Source: Myxococcota bacterium
Lineage (GTDB): Bacteria > Myxococcota_A > SURF-8 > G963663525
Assembly (NCBI GenBank): GCA_963676915.2
Contig: CAXXVK010000035.1
Coordinates: forward strand, 32,001-96,000
Direction: 5' to 3'
DNA: 64,000 bases
Shown here: one piece after another, positions 27,195 to 37,272 of the stretch
How positions within the stretch are numbered: the first letter of the stretch is position 1
How the letters are laid out: the number at the start of each line of letters is the position of its first letter
Notes under the pieces: model-generated
The model's database searches: none
Told to the model about the DNA's origin: nothing
What the model saw: only the letters and a program-made list of their open reading frames with translations
Program-made: the position numbers and the translations under genes

Positions 27195-30092
27195 ATGAAC
27201 ACGACGTGGATTCCGGACGACCGGTCGACCAAAGACAACGACAATGGCAATGGAAGTGGGAAACAAGCGATGGAAACAGGGTCCAAATCCAAAAAAGAAC
27301 GCTATCTCGGGGAAAACCTTATCGAGAATATCAAGGGTGGAACGTGGCGTATCCGTACCGAACATCTGCCCCACCCCGGTCCGGGCGGCGGTCTGGAATG
27401 GACTCGCTATTTTACCGAAAAAGGCAAGCATCCCTACGATGATATCGAGTGGACCGAGTTCGAAGCCAAAATCACCAACGACAAAGGTAAAGTGATTTTC
27501 GAGCAGCCCGGCATCGAAGCGCCGAAAAGCTGGTCGCAACTTGCCGTCAATGTCGTCGTGTCGAAATATTTTCGGGGAAAACTGGGTGAACCGACCCGCG
27601 AACGCAGTATCCGTGATCTCGTGGGTCGCGTGGCCGATACCATCTCCAATTGGGGACGGGTTCAAGGCTATTTTAAAACCGGTGAGGACGCTCGCGCTTT
27701 CAACGAAGAGTTGACCTTCCTGCTGGTCAACCAGTACGGCAGCTTCAACAGCCCCGTGTGGTTCAACGTCGGTGTCGAGGAACATCCCCAGGGGTCGGCC
27801 TGCTTCATCAATCAGGTGGATGACACGATGGAATCCATCATGGATCTGGCCAAAACCGAAGGCATGCTGTTCAAATACGGTTCCGGTACCGGCACCAACC
27901 TGTCGTCCCTGCGTTCCAGCAAAGAACATCTCTCGGCGGGCGGTATCGCCTCGGGTCCGGTATCGTTCATGAAGGGCTTCGACGCCTTTGCGGGCGTGAT
28001 CAAGTCGGGTGGCAAAACCCGTCGCGCCGCCAAAATGGTGATGCTGGATGTCGATCATCCCGACATCGAAACCTTTATCAAGTGCAAGGTCAAAGAAGAA
28101 GAAAAAGCCTATGCATTGATGGAAATGGGCTTTAAAGGCGGTATCGACGGCGAGGCGTATTCCTCCGTCTTTTTCCAAAATTCCAACAATTCCGTCCGCG
28201 TCTCGGACGATTTCATGCAAATCCTGGAAGACAATGGCGACTGGTACACCCGCGCCGTGACCGACAAACGACCGATGGACAAATACAAAGCCGGTGATCT
28301 GATGAACATGATCGCCGACAGCGCATGGAAATGCGGCGACCCCGGCCTGCAATACGATTCGACCATCAACCGTTGGCATACCTGTAAAGGAGCGGGACGC
28401 ATCAACGCCTCGAACCCTTGTTCCGAATACATGTTCCTCGACAACTCCGCCTGCAACCTCGCGTCGCTCAACCTCCTGAAATTCCTTGGAGAAAACGACA
28501 GATTCGACACCGAAGCCTTCGAGCACGCGGTGGATACCTTCATCATGGCGCAGGAGATCATCGTCAGCAACGCCAGTTACCCCCGCGACCGTATCGCCGC
28601 CAACAGCCATGTCTATCGACCTTTGGGACTGGGCTATGCGAACCTGGGAGCCATGCTGATGTCCTGCGGACTGCCGTACGACAGCGACGAAGGCCGGGTC
28701 AAAGCCGGAGCCGTCACCGCCCTGATGACCGGTCGTGCCTACAAAGCTTCCGCCGGTATAGCGGAAAAAATGGGACCGTTCCTCGATTATCCCCGCAACC
28801 GGGATAGTTTCCTGGGAGTCATCGGTTTGCACAAGCAGGCGGTGGAAGCCCTGGCGCAGGATCGCGACGAAGATCCCTTGATCCAGGCTGCAAAACGTGC
28901 CTGGGACGACGCTCTCGACCTCGGCAGCCGAGTGGGCTATCGCAATGCGCAGGTGAGCGTTCTGGCTCCTACCGGAACCATTGCCTTCATGATGGACTGC
29001 GATACCACCGGTATCGAACCGGATCTGGCGCTTGTCAAATACAAAAAGCTGGCCGGTGGCGGTATGTTGAAAATCGTCAACAACAGCGTACCCCGTGCGT
29101 TGAAACGCCTGAACTACGACGAGCAGACCAGCAAAGAAATCGTAGACTTTATTCACGAAAACGACACGATAGAAGGCTGCACCAAACTGCGTCCCGAGCA
29201 TCTGTCCGTATTCGATTGCGCCTTCCGTCCCGCCAACGGCGAGCGGTCGATTCACTACAACGGGCATTTGCGCATGATGGGTGCGGTTCAGCCGTTCATT
29301 TCGGGCGCGATCAGCAAAACGGTCAATATGCCCAACGAGGCCACCCAGGAAGACATCATCGACGTCTACAAACGCGGCTGGAAACTCGGACTGAAAGCGG
29401 TGGCGGTGTATCGTGATGGCTCCAAAGCCGCGCAACCGCTGTATCTGAAGAAAAAGAAAGAAAAAGCCAAGGCCGAAGCGGTGGTTGAAACCACACCGAA
29501 GCCGATCCGTCGCAAGCCGCCGGAAGAACGTGAGGCGATCACCCACAAATTCTCTATCGCCGGGCACGAAGGATACATCACCGTCGGCAAGTACAAAGAC
29601 GGCTCTCCCTGCGAAATCTTCCTGACCATCGCCAAAGAAGGCAGCACGGTATCCGGTCTGATGGACGGCTTCGCCACCATGACATCACTGGCTCTGCAAT
29701 ACGGCACGCCACTGGAAACCCTGGTCGAGAAATTCAGCCACATGCGTTTCGAACCGCAGGGCTTCACCACCAACGGCGAGATTCCGATTGCGAAATCGGT
29801 GTATGACTACATTTTCCGCTGGCTGGCGTCGAAATTCCTCGATCCCAGTCAAAACCAGGAGTTGGGCAACCATCTTCCGAAAACGATGACCGACGGCGAC
29901 TCCCCCTTGCTGCGGGCCGAGGAAGAAAAGGCCAAGACCGAAGCGGCGGGAACCCCGGACATGTTCCAGGAAGTCAGCACGTTCATCAACGACAAGGACG
30001 CACCGAGTTGTCCGGGATGCGGGACCATCATGACCCGCAACGGTGCGTGCTACAAATGTGGAAACTGCGGCGCAACCAGCGGTTGTAGCTGA
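27195..30092 (+). CDS. nrdJ: Class II (adenosylcobalamin-dependent) ribonucleotide reductase with C-terminal TSCPD and Zn ribbon
   Basis: FNSPVWFN, SACFI, GGKTRRAAKM, NASNPCSEY, CNLASLNL, APTGT, GAISKTVN, YRDGSK; C-terminal CPGCG..CYKCGNCGATSGCS; TAAGGAGG RBS. Confidence 0.95.
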   Translation: MNTTWIPDDRSTKDNDNGNGSGKQAMETGSKSKKERYLGENLIENIKGGTWRIRTEHLPHPGPGGGLEWTRYFTEKGKHPYDDIEWTEFEAKITNDKGKVIFEQPGIEAPKSWSQLAVNVVVSKYFRGKLGEPTRERSIRDLVGRVADTISNWGRVQGYFKTGEDARAFNEELTFLLVNQYGSFNSPVWFNVGVEEHPQGSACFINQVDDTMESIMDLAKTEGMLFKYGSGTGTNLSSLRSSKEHLSAGGIASGPVSFMKGFDAFAGVIKSGGKTRRAAKMVMLDVDHPDIETFIKCKVKEEEKAYALMEMGFKGGIDGEAYSSVFFQNSNNSVRVSDDFMQILEDNGDWYTRAVTDKRPMDKYKAGDLMNMIADSAWKCGDPGLQYDSTINRWHTCKGAGRINASNPCSEYMFLDNSACNLASLNLLKFLGENDRFDTEAFEHAVDTFIMAQEIIVSNASYPRDRIAANSHVYRPLGLGYANLGAMLMSCGLPYDSDEGRVKAGAVTALMTGRAYKASAGIAEKMGPFLDYPRNRDSFLGVIGLHKQAVEALAQDRDEDPLIQAAKRAWDDALDLGSRVGYRNAQVSVLAPTGTIAFMMDCDTTGIEPDLALVKYKKLAGGGMLKIVNNSVPRALKRLNYDEQTSKEIVDFIHENDTIEGCTKLRPEHLSVFDCAFRPANGERSIHYNGHLRMMGAVQPFISGAISKTVNMPNEATQEDIIDVYKRGWKLGLKAVAVYRDGSKAAQPLYLKKKKEKAKAEAVVETTPKPIRRKPPEEREAITHKFSIAGHEGYITVGKYKDGSPCEIFLTIAKEGSTVSGLMDGFATMTSLALQYGTPLETLVEKFSHMRFEPQGFTTNGEIPIAKSVYDYIFRWLASKFLDPSQNQELGNHLPKTMTDGDSPLLRAEEEKAKTEAAGTPDMFQEVSTFINDKDAPSCPGCGTIMTRNGACYKCGNCGATSGCS

Positions 30093-30169
30093 TTCGTCGA
30101 GGTTTCGGAGACCTCCTTCTTCTTCAGAGGAAAAAACTCCCCCTCCCTGGTTTTTTCCTCACCCCTCCC

Positions 30170-30199
30170 ACCGGGACGTTTTGAACGTCCCGGTTTTTT
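30170..30199 (+). terminator. Intrinsic terminator after nrdJ
   Basis: ACCGGGACGTT-ttg-AACGTCCCGGT followed by a T-tract. Confidence 0.8.
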
Positions 30200-30301
30200 C
30201 GTGTGCAGATTTTCACGATAATTTGGCTTTTTTTACCATTTCGAGTACACTTGGACCACGGGACAACCTCTCCACGGAAATGACAGGAAGTATGGACGCG
30301 T

Positions 30302-31285
30302 TTGAACATGAAAAAATGCGGATGGAAGTCGTACGGTTCGTTTTGGCTGCACCGGATTGCGGTGCCGGTCATTGTCCTGGTCTGGTTGACGGTATCGCAG
30401 GCTCGTGCCGAATTGCGCCTGATTCCCCGTGAAGACTCTCCCGATGCGATCCAGGCTCCCAGTTCTCTAAGCGTCGTTGCCAAACCGGAAGCCCCAAGCT
30501 TCATGTCTATCGATGTCGGCGACGCCATCAAATCCACCCCCTTGCAAATGTTCCGTAACGATCTGGGCACCACGATCTACGCCCAACAGCTTTCGGAATC
30601 GGAAGGAACCTCGGCATCGGACTCCAAAGCGGGGAATTTCGGGGTCGGAGCCGATGCCGCCGCGACGGAAGGACGACAGATCCTCACCGTTCCCTTGTCA
30701 CTGGAAGTCGATCAGGTCGCCATGCTCTGCCTGGATTTACCGGTCGTCTTTTCCTCACGCCGCAAGGGAGAAAATCACTGGGGGATCGGGGATATCTCGG
30801 CGGGAATCGTCTATCGCTTTTTAGATCTGTACGAAGACAACCTGCGGGTAGTGTACGTCCTCAAGCTGAAACTGCCGACCGGTAGCCGTTCGTGGGATAC
30901 GGGAAACGGCCTGACGGAATGGTACACGGGCCTGACGTTCATCGGCAAAGCAGGACGCTTTTTACCGCAAGGTGGGCAGGATGTACGTATCAATTCCAAC
31001 GATTTGTTCGCCAATACCTATGGAGGACTGGACTACAATCCCGCCATATCGGTGAAATGGTTGTATGTAGGGGGGCGATTGATCTGGTCCACCCAGGTAA
31101 GAAACTGGGGAATCGGAAGAGAGAACCGAACGAGCGGTTTTTTATCTATCGCACCGGGAGTGAACATTCTGTACGCTCGCACATTTTCGGCTTATTTCAA
31201 TGTTTCCGTGCCGGTTGCCGGTACGAAAAACGCCCGCTTCCGGTATTGGCCGGTATTCAATTTCGGTACGACCCATGTATTTTAA
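30302..31285 (+). CDS. Putative outer-membrane beta-barrel (transporter / MetA-pathway-like)
   Basis: Signal peptide (..SQARA), GIGDISAGIVYRF, LKLPTG..TGNG, amphipathic strands, C-terminal Phe. Confidence 0.65.
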   Translation: MNMKKCGWKSYGSFWLHRIAVPVIVLVWLTVSQARAELRLIPREDSPDAIQAPSSLSVVAKPEAPSFMSIDVGDAIKSTPLQMFRNDLGTTIYAQQLSESEGTSASDSKAGNFGVGADAAATEGRQILTVPLSLEVDQVAMLCLDLPVVFSSRRKGENHWGIGDISAGIVYRFLDLYEDNLRVVYVLKLKLPTGSRSWDTGNGLTEWYTGLTFIGKAGRFLPQGGQDVRINSNDLFANTYGGLDYNPAISVKWLYVGGRLIWSTQVRNWGIGRENRTSGFLSIAPGVNILYARTFSAYFNVSVPVAGTKNARFRYWPVFNFGTTHVF

Positions 31286-31357
31286 CGTCCAAACGAATCA
31301 AAGACTGAAAAAGGCCAAAACAAATCCCAGGGCCGGGAATTGTCGGAGGGAACGACC

Positions 31358-32632
31358 ATGACGACATCACGAATCTGGAGCGCAGCAGCCGTTCTGCTGT
31401 CGGTGAGTTGGTTGTTGGTATTGGGAACGGTGGATTTCGGCTGCCTTGCCTATGAAGACGACGAATTGATCAACAATCCCGGCGGTGACACCACGGAAAA
31501 TCCTCTCCCCGGAGAAAAATGGGTGGTCTGGCGCGGACAGGAAATCCTTGCCTCCACGTCGAATACCGATGGCGATACGGACCTTGACGTCGAAGACGAT
31601 TCTGAAATAGAGGAAAACGAAACCTCCGAAGAAGAATCGGAAACAGAGGAAATCGTTGCGAAAATCCGCACGTCAACCGGTGGAGAAAGGAAGAACGCTG
31701 CTCGGGATTTCCCCGAAATCGTGGATTCCGCCTCGCGTTCTGGGGAAGATGTCTATCGGCTCCGGCCCGGAGCGGACACACTGTCTACGGGAGATCCGTT
31801 GGAAGCGTCATACGAATCGACCATGGAAGCCGGAGATGTCGATAACGAAACCGAAGACGACGCCGAAGTGGAAATCGTGGCCTCGGGCGATACTTTGTTA
31901 CCGGTGAATACCGCCGACTGGGGAGAAGAGTGCTACCGCACCAACCAGGCTTGCAGCGATACGTTGGACTGCCTCGTGGAATCCAACAGCGGTCTGAGTT
32001 TCTGCTCGAATTCCTGCACGTCGGATGCAGATTGCTCCGACGACGATTCCACGGGTTGCTGTTCCCTGGAGGTTTGGGACGAACAAAGCGCAAGTACCCA
32101 GAAATATTGCCATTATTTCTGCGAACAAAACGATTCTTCCAGCGGTTTCGGAACACCTTGCAAGGACAATCCAAGCGTGTGTCTGTCTTCGCAGTCCTGC
32201 TTGTCCGACGACGAATTGGACATCAGTTTCTGTACCCTTCCCTGTGAAAACCTGGGAGATTGTCCCGCCGGAACCTGCTGTGTCATTCTTAGCGACACCG
32301 ATGCCTATTGCGCTCCGGCGACCTACTGCGAGGATGTGGAGGTGGAAGCTCCCGACCAGACGCCTTCCACCGATGGCGAACTTTCCGAGAGAGCCTGCTC
32401 CGGGTATTTGACCCATTGCAACGGAGCATTGGAAACCTATTTCAATACCGAACAATGCCGCAAAGATCTGGAATGCCTGGAAACCAATGCGGATTGGAGT
32501 TGCTCCAGCGCGGTGAGCAAGTACATGCGATGTCTGGCCGAAGCATCGAACGTCTATCTCTGTCTCGATTGCGCAGAAGAATTTTCGGCGGCAACAGAGG
32601 ATTGCGACGTCCCGGAAGCTTGTGCGAAATAG
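31358..32632 (+). CDS. Secreted/lipoprotein Cys-rich acidic protein
   Basis: Signal ending ..DFGC; acidic linker DGDTDLDVEDDSE; two CxxxCxxxxDC-type repeats; C-terminal Cys-rich helical domain. Confidence 0.75.
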   Translation: MTTSRIWSAAAVLLSVSWLLVLGTVDFGCLAYEDDELINNPGGDTTENPLPGEKWVVWRGQEILASTSNTDGDTDLDVEDDSEIEENETSEEESETEEIVAKIRTSTGGERKNAARDFPEIVDSASRSGEDVYRLRPGADTLSTGDPLEASYESTMEAGDVDNETEDDAEVEIVASGDTLLPVNTADWGEECYRTNQACSDTLDCLVESNSGLSFCSNSCTSDADCSDDDSTGCCSLEVWDEQSASTQKYCHYFCEQNDSSSGFGTPCKDNPSVCLSSQSCLSDDELDISFCTLPCENLGDCPAGTCCVILSDTDAYCAPATYCEDVEVEAPDQTPSTDGELSERACSGYLTHCNGALETYFNTEQCRKDLECLETNADWSCSSAVSKYMRCLAEASNVYLCLDCAEEFSAATEDCDVPEACAK

Positions 32633-32666
32633 CGGGAGATACACTTGTAACCTACTGAAATTATAG

Positions 32667-32735
32667 AGGTTGGGTAATTTTGCCCAACACGGGAAAACAT
32701 TTTCGAAAATTGTCGGGTGAAATCACCCGACCGAC
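32667..32735. repeat. Degenerate REP pair (REPIN-like)
   Basis: AGGTTGGGTAATTTTGCCCAACA and inverted TGTCGGGTGAAATCACCCGACC. Confidence 0.6.
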
Positions 32736-32806
32736 TATTCTTCTTTCGTGATACCTGTTGTTCTCATCTTTTTTCAAATTCGAGCCACTCTGCGTAATTC
32801 ATCCCA

Positions 32807-32988
32807 TAGCCCGCATACTTCATGAGGATCGTAGCGAGACGCCGAAAACCGAAGAACTTTCATGAAGTTGGAGTGATTTTTTAACGGAAGCAACCTTGAC
32901 AGGTTGTTGAGGTTAAAAAAATCGGGAAACGAATGAAAGATCAAGAGTTTTCAAGTCGTAGGTGATTCTTCATGAATTATGCGGGTTA
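32807..32988 (+). mobile_element. ~180-bp MITE-like palindromic element, copy 2
   Basis: TA-flanked TIRs TAGCCCGCATACTTCATGA / TCATGAATTATGCGGGTTA; colinear with copy 1. Confidence 0.85.
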
Positions 32989-33053
32989 GGAAAACTTGTC
33001 ACCTGCCGGTGCTTGTGGAAGAATGCCGGAAATATTGTGACGAGGAGTCGAAC

Positions 33054-33926
33054 ATGGGAAAACTCAGCGATCAAAGAATTCTGATAACGGGCTGTTCCAC
33101 GGGCATCGGACGTCATCTGGCGTTGGATTTCGCCAAGGCCGGGCATCGTGTGTTTGCCACGGCGAGGCGATTGGAGAGCATTGAGGATCTGAAGGGCGAC
33201 CGTATCGAGATCCTGCCGTTGGATGTAACCGACGAAGCCTCCATGAAAGGGGCGGTCGAGGAAATGGTTCGGCGTGTCGGTGGCGTGGATATGGTGGTAA
33301 ACAATGCCGGTTTCGGGTTGATGGGACCGGTCGCCGAGTTGGATCTTGACGATATTCGGCGGCAGTTCGAAACCAATGTGGTGGGTCCGATTGCCCTGAT
33401 TCAGCTTGTATTGCCGTATATGGTCGAAGCCGGGAAAGGCCGAATCGTCAATATCGGTAGTGTGTCCGGCATTACCACCGCTCCTTATGGCGGTGCTTAC
33501 AGTGCTTCCAAGGCAGCGCTTCATTTGTTCAGCGAAGCCTTACGAATGGAAGTGGCGCCGTTCGGGGTGGATGTGATCGTCGTGCAACCCGGCGGAATTC
33601 AATCGGATTTCGGGAAAACGGCGGCAAGCCTGATCGAGCGGTTCGGCAAAAAAGGAAGCCTGTACGAACACGGGATGGAAGGCATCGAAGCCCGGGCGAA
33701 GATGTCCCAGAAAATCTCCACGCCGGTACAGGAATTCACCGCGAAAACCGTGGATGCGGTGATGAGAACGCCCGCGCCATACGTCTTTCGAGCCGGATAC
33801 GGATCGTTGCTGTTGCCGACGATTCGTTGGTTGTTGCCGACCGGTGCCCGCAATCGTTTGCTCGGGCGCAAGTTCAAGCTCGATAAATTGCAAGAAACGA
33901 CACCGACTGCGACGGAAAAATCATGA
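33054..33926 (+). CDS. Short-chain dehydrogenase/reductase
   Basis: ITGCSTGIG, NNAG, YSASK (YxxxK), VQPG; start at MGKL after a GAGGAG RBS. Confidence 0.92.
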   Translation: MGKLSDQRILITGCSTGIGRHLALDFAKAGHRVFATARRLESIEDLKGDRIEILPLDVTDEASMKGAVEEMVRRVGGVDMVVNNAGFGLMGPVAELDLDDIRRQFETNVVGPIALIQLVLPYMVEAGKGRIVNIGSVSGITTAPYGGAYSASKAALHLFSEALRMEVAPFGVDVIVVQPGGIQSDFGKTAASLIERFGKKGSLYEHGMEGIEARAKMSQKISTPVQEFTAKTVDAVMRTPAPYVFRAGYGSLLLPTIRWLLPTGARNRLLGRKFKLDKLQETTPTATEKS

Positions 33927-35890
33927 CGTTGTTTCCTGTAAAAGAAAACGGCCTCGTCGATAGCTACAGCACCGAAACGAAACGTTTCGAAACCTGGCTC
34001 ATCACCGAGGTGATCGCCGGGGGAAAAAAGATTCGCGCCGAGGCGAAAAACGGCAAGCAGGTGGTGTTGTCATCCTCCAAAATCAGCAAGAACTTCATAA
34101 CCTTTCTCCCGAATACGAGTTTCGACGCCTTTGAACGCAGTCTCGACGACATTCGGGGTACGCTGACCGAGGACGATCTAGAACTGCTCTGGGAGAGCCT
34201 GAAGCCGGAAGGCGACGAGGCGACGGCGGAACATTCGCTGCAAGATCTTGCCGCCGAACTCTGGGGGGAGACTTCGGAGCCGGTTCATTTGTCGGCGCTT
34301 GCACGCGCCTTGCTGGACGATGAAAACGGGCGTTTCGTTTGGCAGAAAGGGAATTTCCAGGTTTTGGGGGAAGAGCGCCTGAAGCAACTGGAATTGGAAA
34401 AGGAGCGCCAGGAGCGGGAACGCATCGAGCGGGAAAAACCGCTGAAATTGGCCCAAAACTGGATCGACCTCATTCGTCGTCCGATCCAGGATTCCCCGCC
34501 GGAAGAGGTCCGGGATCTGATGCAGGCGTTGTGTGAGTATGCCGCCTTTCCCGAATCTCGTATAGATAGGAAATCCCTGGAATTTCAGGCACTTTGTCAG
34601 TGGCAGGGGGGAGAATTCCGATCCGGCGACGCGACCCGGCTTTATTGTCGTCTGCGCTTGGATCAGGAACCGGAAGCGTCGTTCGCCGAACGCTACTGGG
34701 ATGCGCTGGCCTTGCACGACGATTTCGAAGATGTCGTCCTGGAAGACATGGACAGGGTACGGAAGGAGTCGGAGAATCTCGACGAGAACCGTGAGGATTT
34801 ACGGGATCTTGCCTCCTTTAGTATCGACGATGAAACCACCCGCGATTACGACGACGCCCTTTCCTGGGATGCCGAACGTCTGTACGTGCATATCGCCGAT
34901 GCCGCGTCGATGCTCTCCGAGGATTCGCCGCTGTTTCGGGAAGCTTTTCGGCGTTCGGTGACGTTGTACTGGCCCGACCGCAAATTTCCCATGTTTCCCC
35001 AGAAACTCAGCGAGGGAATCTGGTCGCTGAAACGAGGTGAAGACCGCCGGGCGATCAGCTTCGTATTTTTCCGGGAAGAGGAAGGCTACAGCCTGGAAAA
35101 GATCGTTCCTTCGTGGGTTCGAATTCGAGAAAACCTGAGTTATTCCGAGGTGGAAGAGAAACGCGGTACGGCGTTTTCTCCACTCGACGAGCAAGGGTAC
35201 GCTCATCTTTCGTCGTGGGTCGAGCGACAAATGGCCGCTCGAAAAGTTTTTCATCGGGACATCCCCGAGGTGATTGTCAAAGTGGCGGAGGATGGGCGGA
35301 TTTCCGTCAAAGCCATCGACAAGCAATCGTTTGCGAGATCTCTTGTGTCGGAACTTATGCTGCTTACCGGCACGGAAGCCGCCGCATGGGCCAAAGATAA
35401 AATTTCCGATATGGTGTACCGGGTGCAGGATCGCCTAACCGACGGATTCCGCACCAAAGCGGCCTATTCGCTGGTGGCGGACGAGCACACGGCGATGGGC
35501 GGGTTGTATTGCCAGGTTACGTCTCCCATGCGTCGGGCGGTGGATCTGTGCAATCAATGGCAGCTTCTGGCCGCGTTGGGGCTTCGAGATCCGCTGGACA
35601 ACATTCGTTTGCAGCGTTTGGTCATGCAAATGCAACAGCGGATCGCACGGGCGAGGATGATCGAGGAAACGGTTGGAAAATACTGGAAAATCCGTTACCA
35701 CCTGCAAGAAGGATGCAAGCGTCTTCCCGCCCTGGTACTGCGTAGGGGCCGCATTGTTCTTTTGGAAAGCGGGCTGGATATGCGACTGGACGCCCCCGAT
35801 AACGCCGCACGAGTAGGTGCCAACCTCGACGTGGATGTGGACATCGCCGACGCGGAACGTTTCAAGGTTATTGCGACGCTTTCGGAGTAG
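33923..35890 (+). CDS. RNB-domain exoribonuclease (RNase II/R family)
   Basis: SIDDETTRDYDDALS catalytic motif, VHIADA, LVSELML, VTSPMRR; ATGA overlap with the SDR gene. Confidence 0.85.
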   Translation: MTLFPVKENGLVDSYSTETKRFETWLITEVIAGGKKIRAEAKNGKQVVLSSSKISKNFITFLPNTSFDAFERSLDDIRGTLTEDDLELLWESLKPEGDEATAEHSLQDLAAELWGETSEPVHLSALARALLDDENGRFVWQKGNFQVLGEERLKQLELEKERQERERIEREKPLKLAQNWIDLIRRPIQDSPPEEVRDLMQALCEYAAFPESRIDRKSLEFQALCQWQGGEFRSGDATRLYCRLRLDQEPEASFAERYWDALALHDDFEDVVLEDMDRVRKESENLDENREDLRDLASFSIDDETTRDYDDALSWDAERLYVHIADAASMLSEDSPLFREAFRRSVTLYWPDRKFPMFPQKLSEGIWSLKRGEDRRAISFVFFREEEGYSLEKIVPSWVRIRENLSYSEVEEKRGTAFSPLDEQGYAHLSSWVERQMAARKVFHRDIPEVIVKVAEDGRISVKAIDKQSFARSLVSELMLLTGTEAAAWAKDKISDMVYRVQDRLTDGFRTKAAYSLVADEHTAMGGLYCQVTSPMRRAVDLCNQWQLLAALGLRDPLDNIRLQRLVMQMQQRIARARMIEETVGKYWKIRYHLQEGCKRLPALVLRRGRIVLLESGLDMRLDAPDNAARVGANLDVDVDIADAERFKVIATLSE

Positions 35891-36722
35891 CGGCTGGTTC
35901 GTTGGGGGAGTGTTTCGTTACCGAGCAAGCCGAAGAAAAAAAGCGGATTTCCATTTCGTGTTGGGGCCAGTGGTTCAATTCCCGAAGAATTTCGGGTGGT
36001 AAATAGGGAATGACGGTTCGTAACACCCTCCGAGGGTCTGGCGAGAAGCGCTGGTCGAAAACCTCCCCATAGCGCCGAAACCACGAAGAAAAATACAAAA
36101 CGCCTTTTTCCTGGGATTCCCGGCAGACGATGTCCGGTCGCGAAAGCAGCCGATACGCGGATTGTTCGAGGGCTGAATCAAGGTTTTTCGGAGAAAAGTA
36201 GATGGGTTGGGCGGGGATGGACCGTCCGTTGGGAAGTGCGGCGAGCACACGCCAGTCTTGGGTTTCACGGGCCAAGGAGGCTCCCAATCGTGGAATGCCA
36301 ATGACTTCGTAAGCAAGAAAACGGAAGCGATTCCATTGAAAAAGAAACCATTCCTTTTGTGATTTCGGCATGTTGCGAAATGTCTTGCCGGCGATGAAAC
36401 GCAAGTTGGCGAGGTTGAGCAGGCAGGCGGTTCGCGCTTGGTGACGGGTTTCCTCTTTGCAACTCAATCGCCAGGCGTTTCGCTGCAATTCGTTCAGACG
36501 GTCCCGGTATCGGTTTGAGGCGTCCCGGTCGATGCGTCCCAAAGGTGTGACGATTCGTCCCGGAAGGTTACGAAACGACGCAGGATGAAGCGGTTTTTCC
36601 GAAGAATCGAGAAAAAAGGGAAGCTCGAAAAATTCTCCAGGAATCAGAAGAAACGATGCGACGAACCAGGCGAAACCCGTGAAAAGGAAAAATCCGATAG
36701 CTATGGAAACGATACGACGCAT
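35868..36722 (-). CDS. Divergent DUF547-like membrane-anchored protein
   Basis: N-terminal TM; CLLNLANL, DWRVLAAL, LDSALEQSAYRLL, LYFSSWFRRYGEVF resemble DUF547 blocks; start uncertain. Confidence 0.5.
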   Translation of the reverse strand: MRRIVSIAIGFFLFTGFAWFVASFLLIPGEFFELPFFLDSSEKPLHPASFRNLPGRIVTPLGRIDRDASNRYRDRLNELQRNAWRLSCKEETRHQARTACLLNLANLRFIAGKTFRNMPKSQKEWFLFQWNRFRFLAYEVIGIPRLGASLARETQDWRVLAALPNGRSIPAQPIYFSPKNLDSALEQSAYRLLSRPDIVCRESQEKGVLYFSSWFRRYGEVFDQRFSPDPRRVLRTVIPYLPPEILRELNHWPQHEMEIRFFSSACSVTKHSPNEPAATPKASQ

Positions 36723-37272
36723 GGTCGAGGGGAAATTTCTCCGTAAATAAGTAGAAACCATCCGATAGTTTCGTCCATTTTTAGCACAAGAATGCGGAAC
36801 AAGAAAGAAGAGGGAGGAAAACCGGTGAACTTTCCGTTTTCCGCTTCGCAATAACATTGCGGTTTAATATTACTTAGTCTAAAAATATAAAAGAGGAAAT
36901 GGTTCTTGAAGTTCCGACTCTTCGAATCCGAATCCAGACGGTTGTGCTCGATACGTGCATTATTTGCGAGCCATGACTTTTTTTTCGTGTCTGACGGGAG
37001 GAAATTCGAAAGAGTGAATCATGCCGCGATTCCGTAGGGGAGAAGTTTTCGTTGAATGAATGGAAAATTCTCGAAAACGACCGATTTAACCTGCCGGAAT
37101 CAAAGAACTTTTTCCTGTTAAAACGCATATTTTTGTTAAAAAGTGTCCACGGAGCGAAAATCGTTCCGTCTAAGGATATTTAGGCCGGATTCTTGCGACT
37201 GTAAAAAGTGGGGATTCGTTCGCTTTGAAACTAAATATTCGCAACAACTATCCAAGGTTCGTGGAGGTTCTC

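Noticed and set aside
27066-29567. 833-aa ORF antisense to nrdJ
   Set aside because: Fully overlaps a well-supported gene; typical high-GC shadow ORF
27195-30092. Intein or split NrdJa/NrdJb
   Set aside because: Length and motif spacing fit a single uninterrupted NrdJ; no intein or homing motifs seen
32979-33053. N-terminal extension of the SDR starting inside the MITE TIR
   Set aside because: A strong GAGGAG RBS precedes ATG 33054 and the Rossmann motif starts right after it
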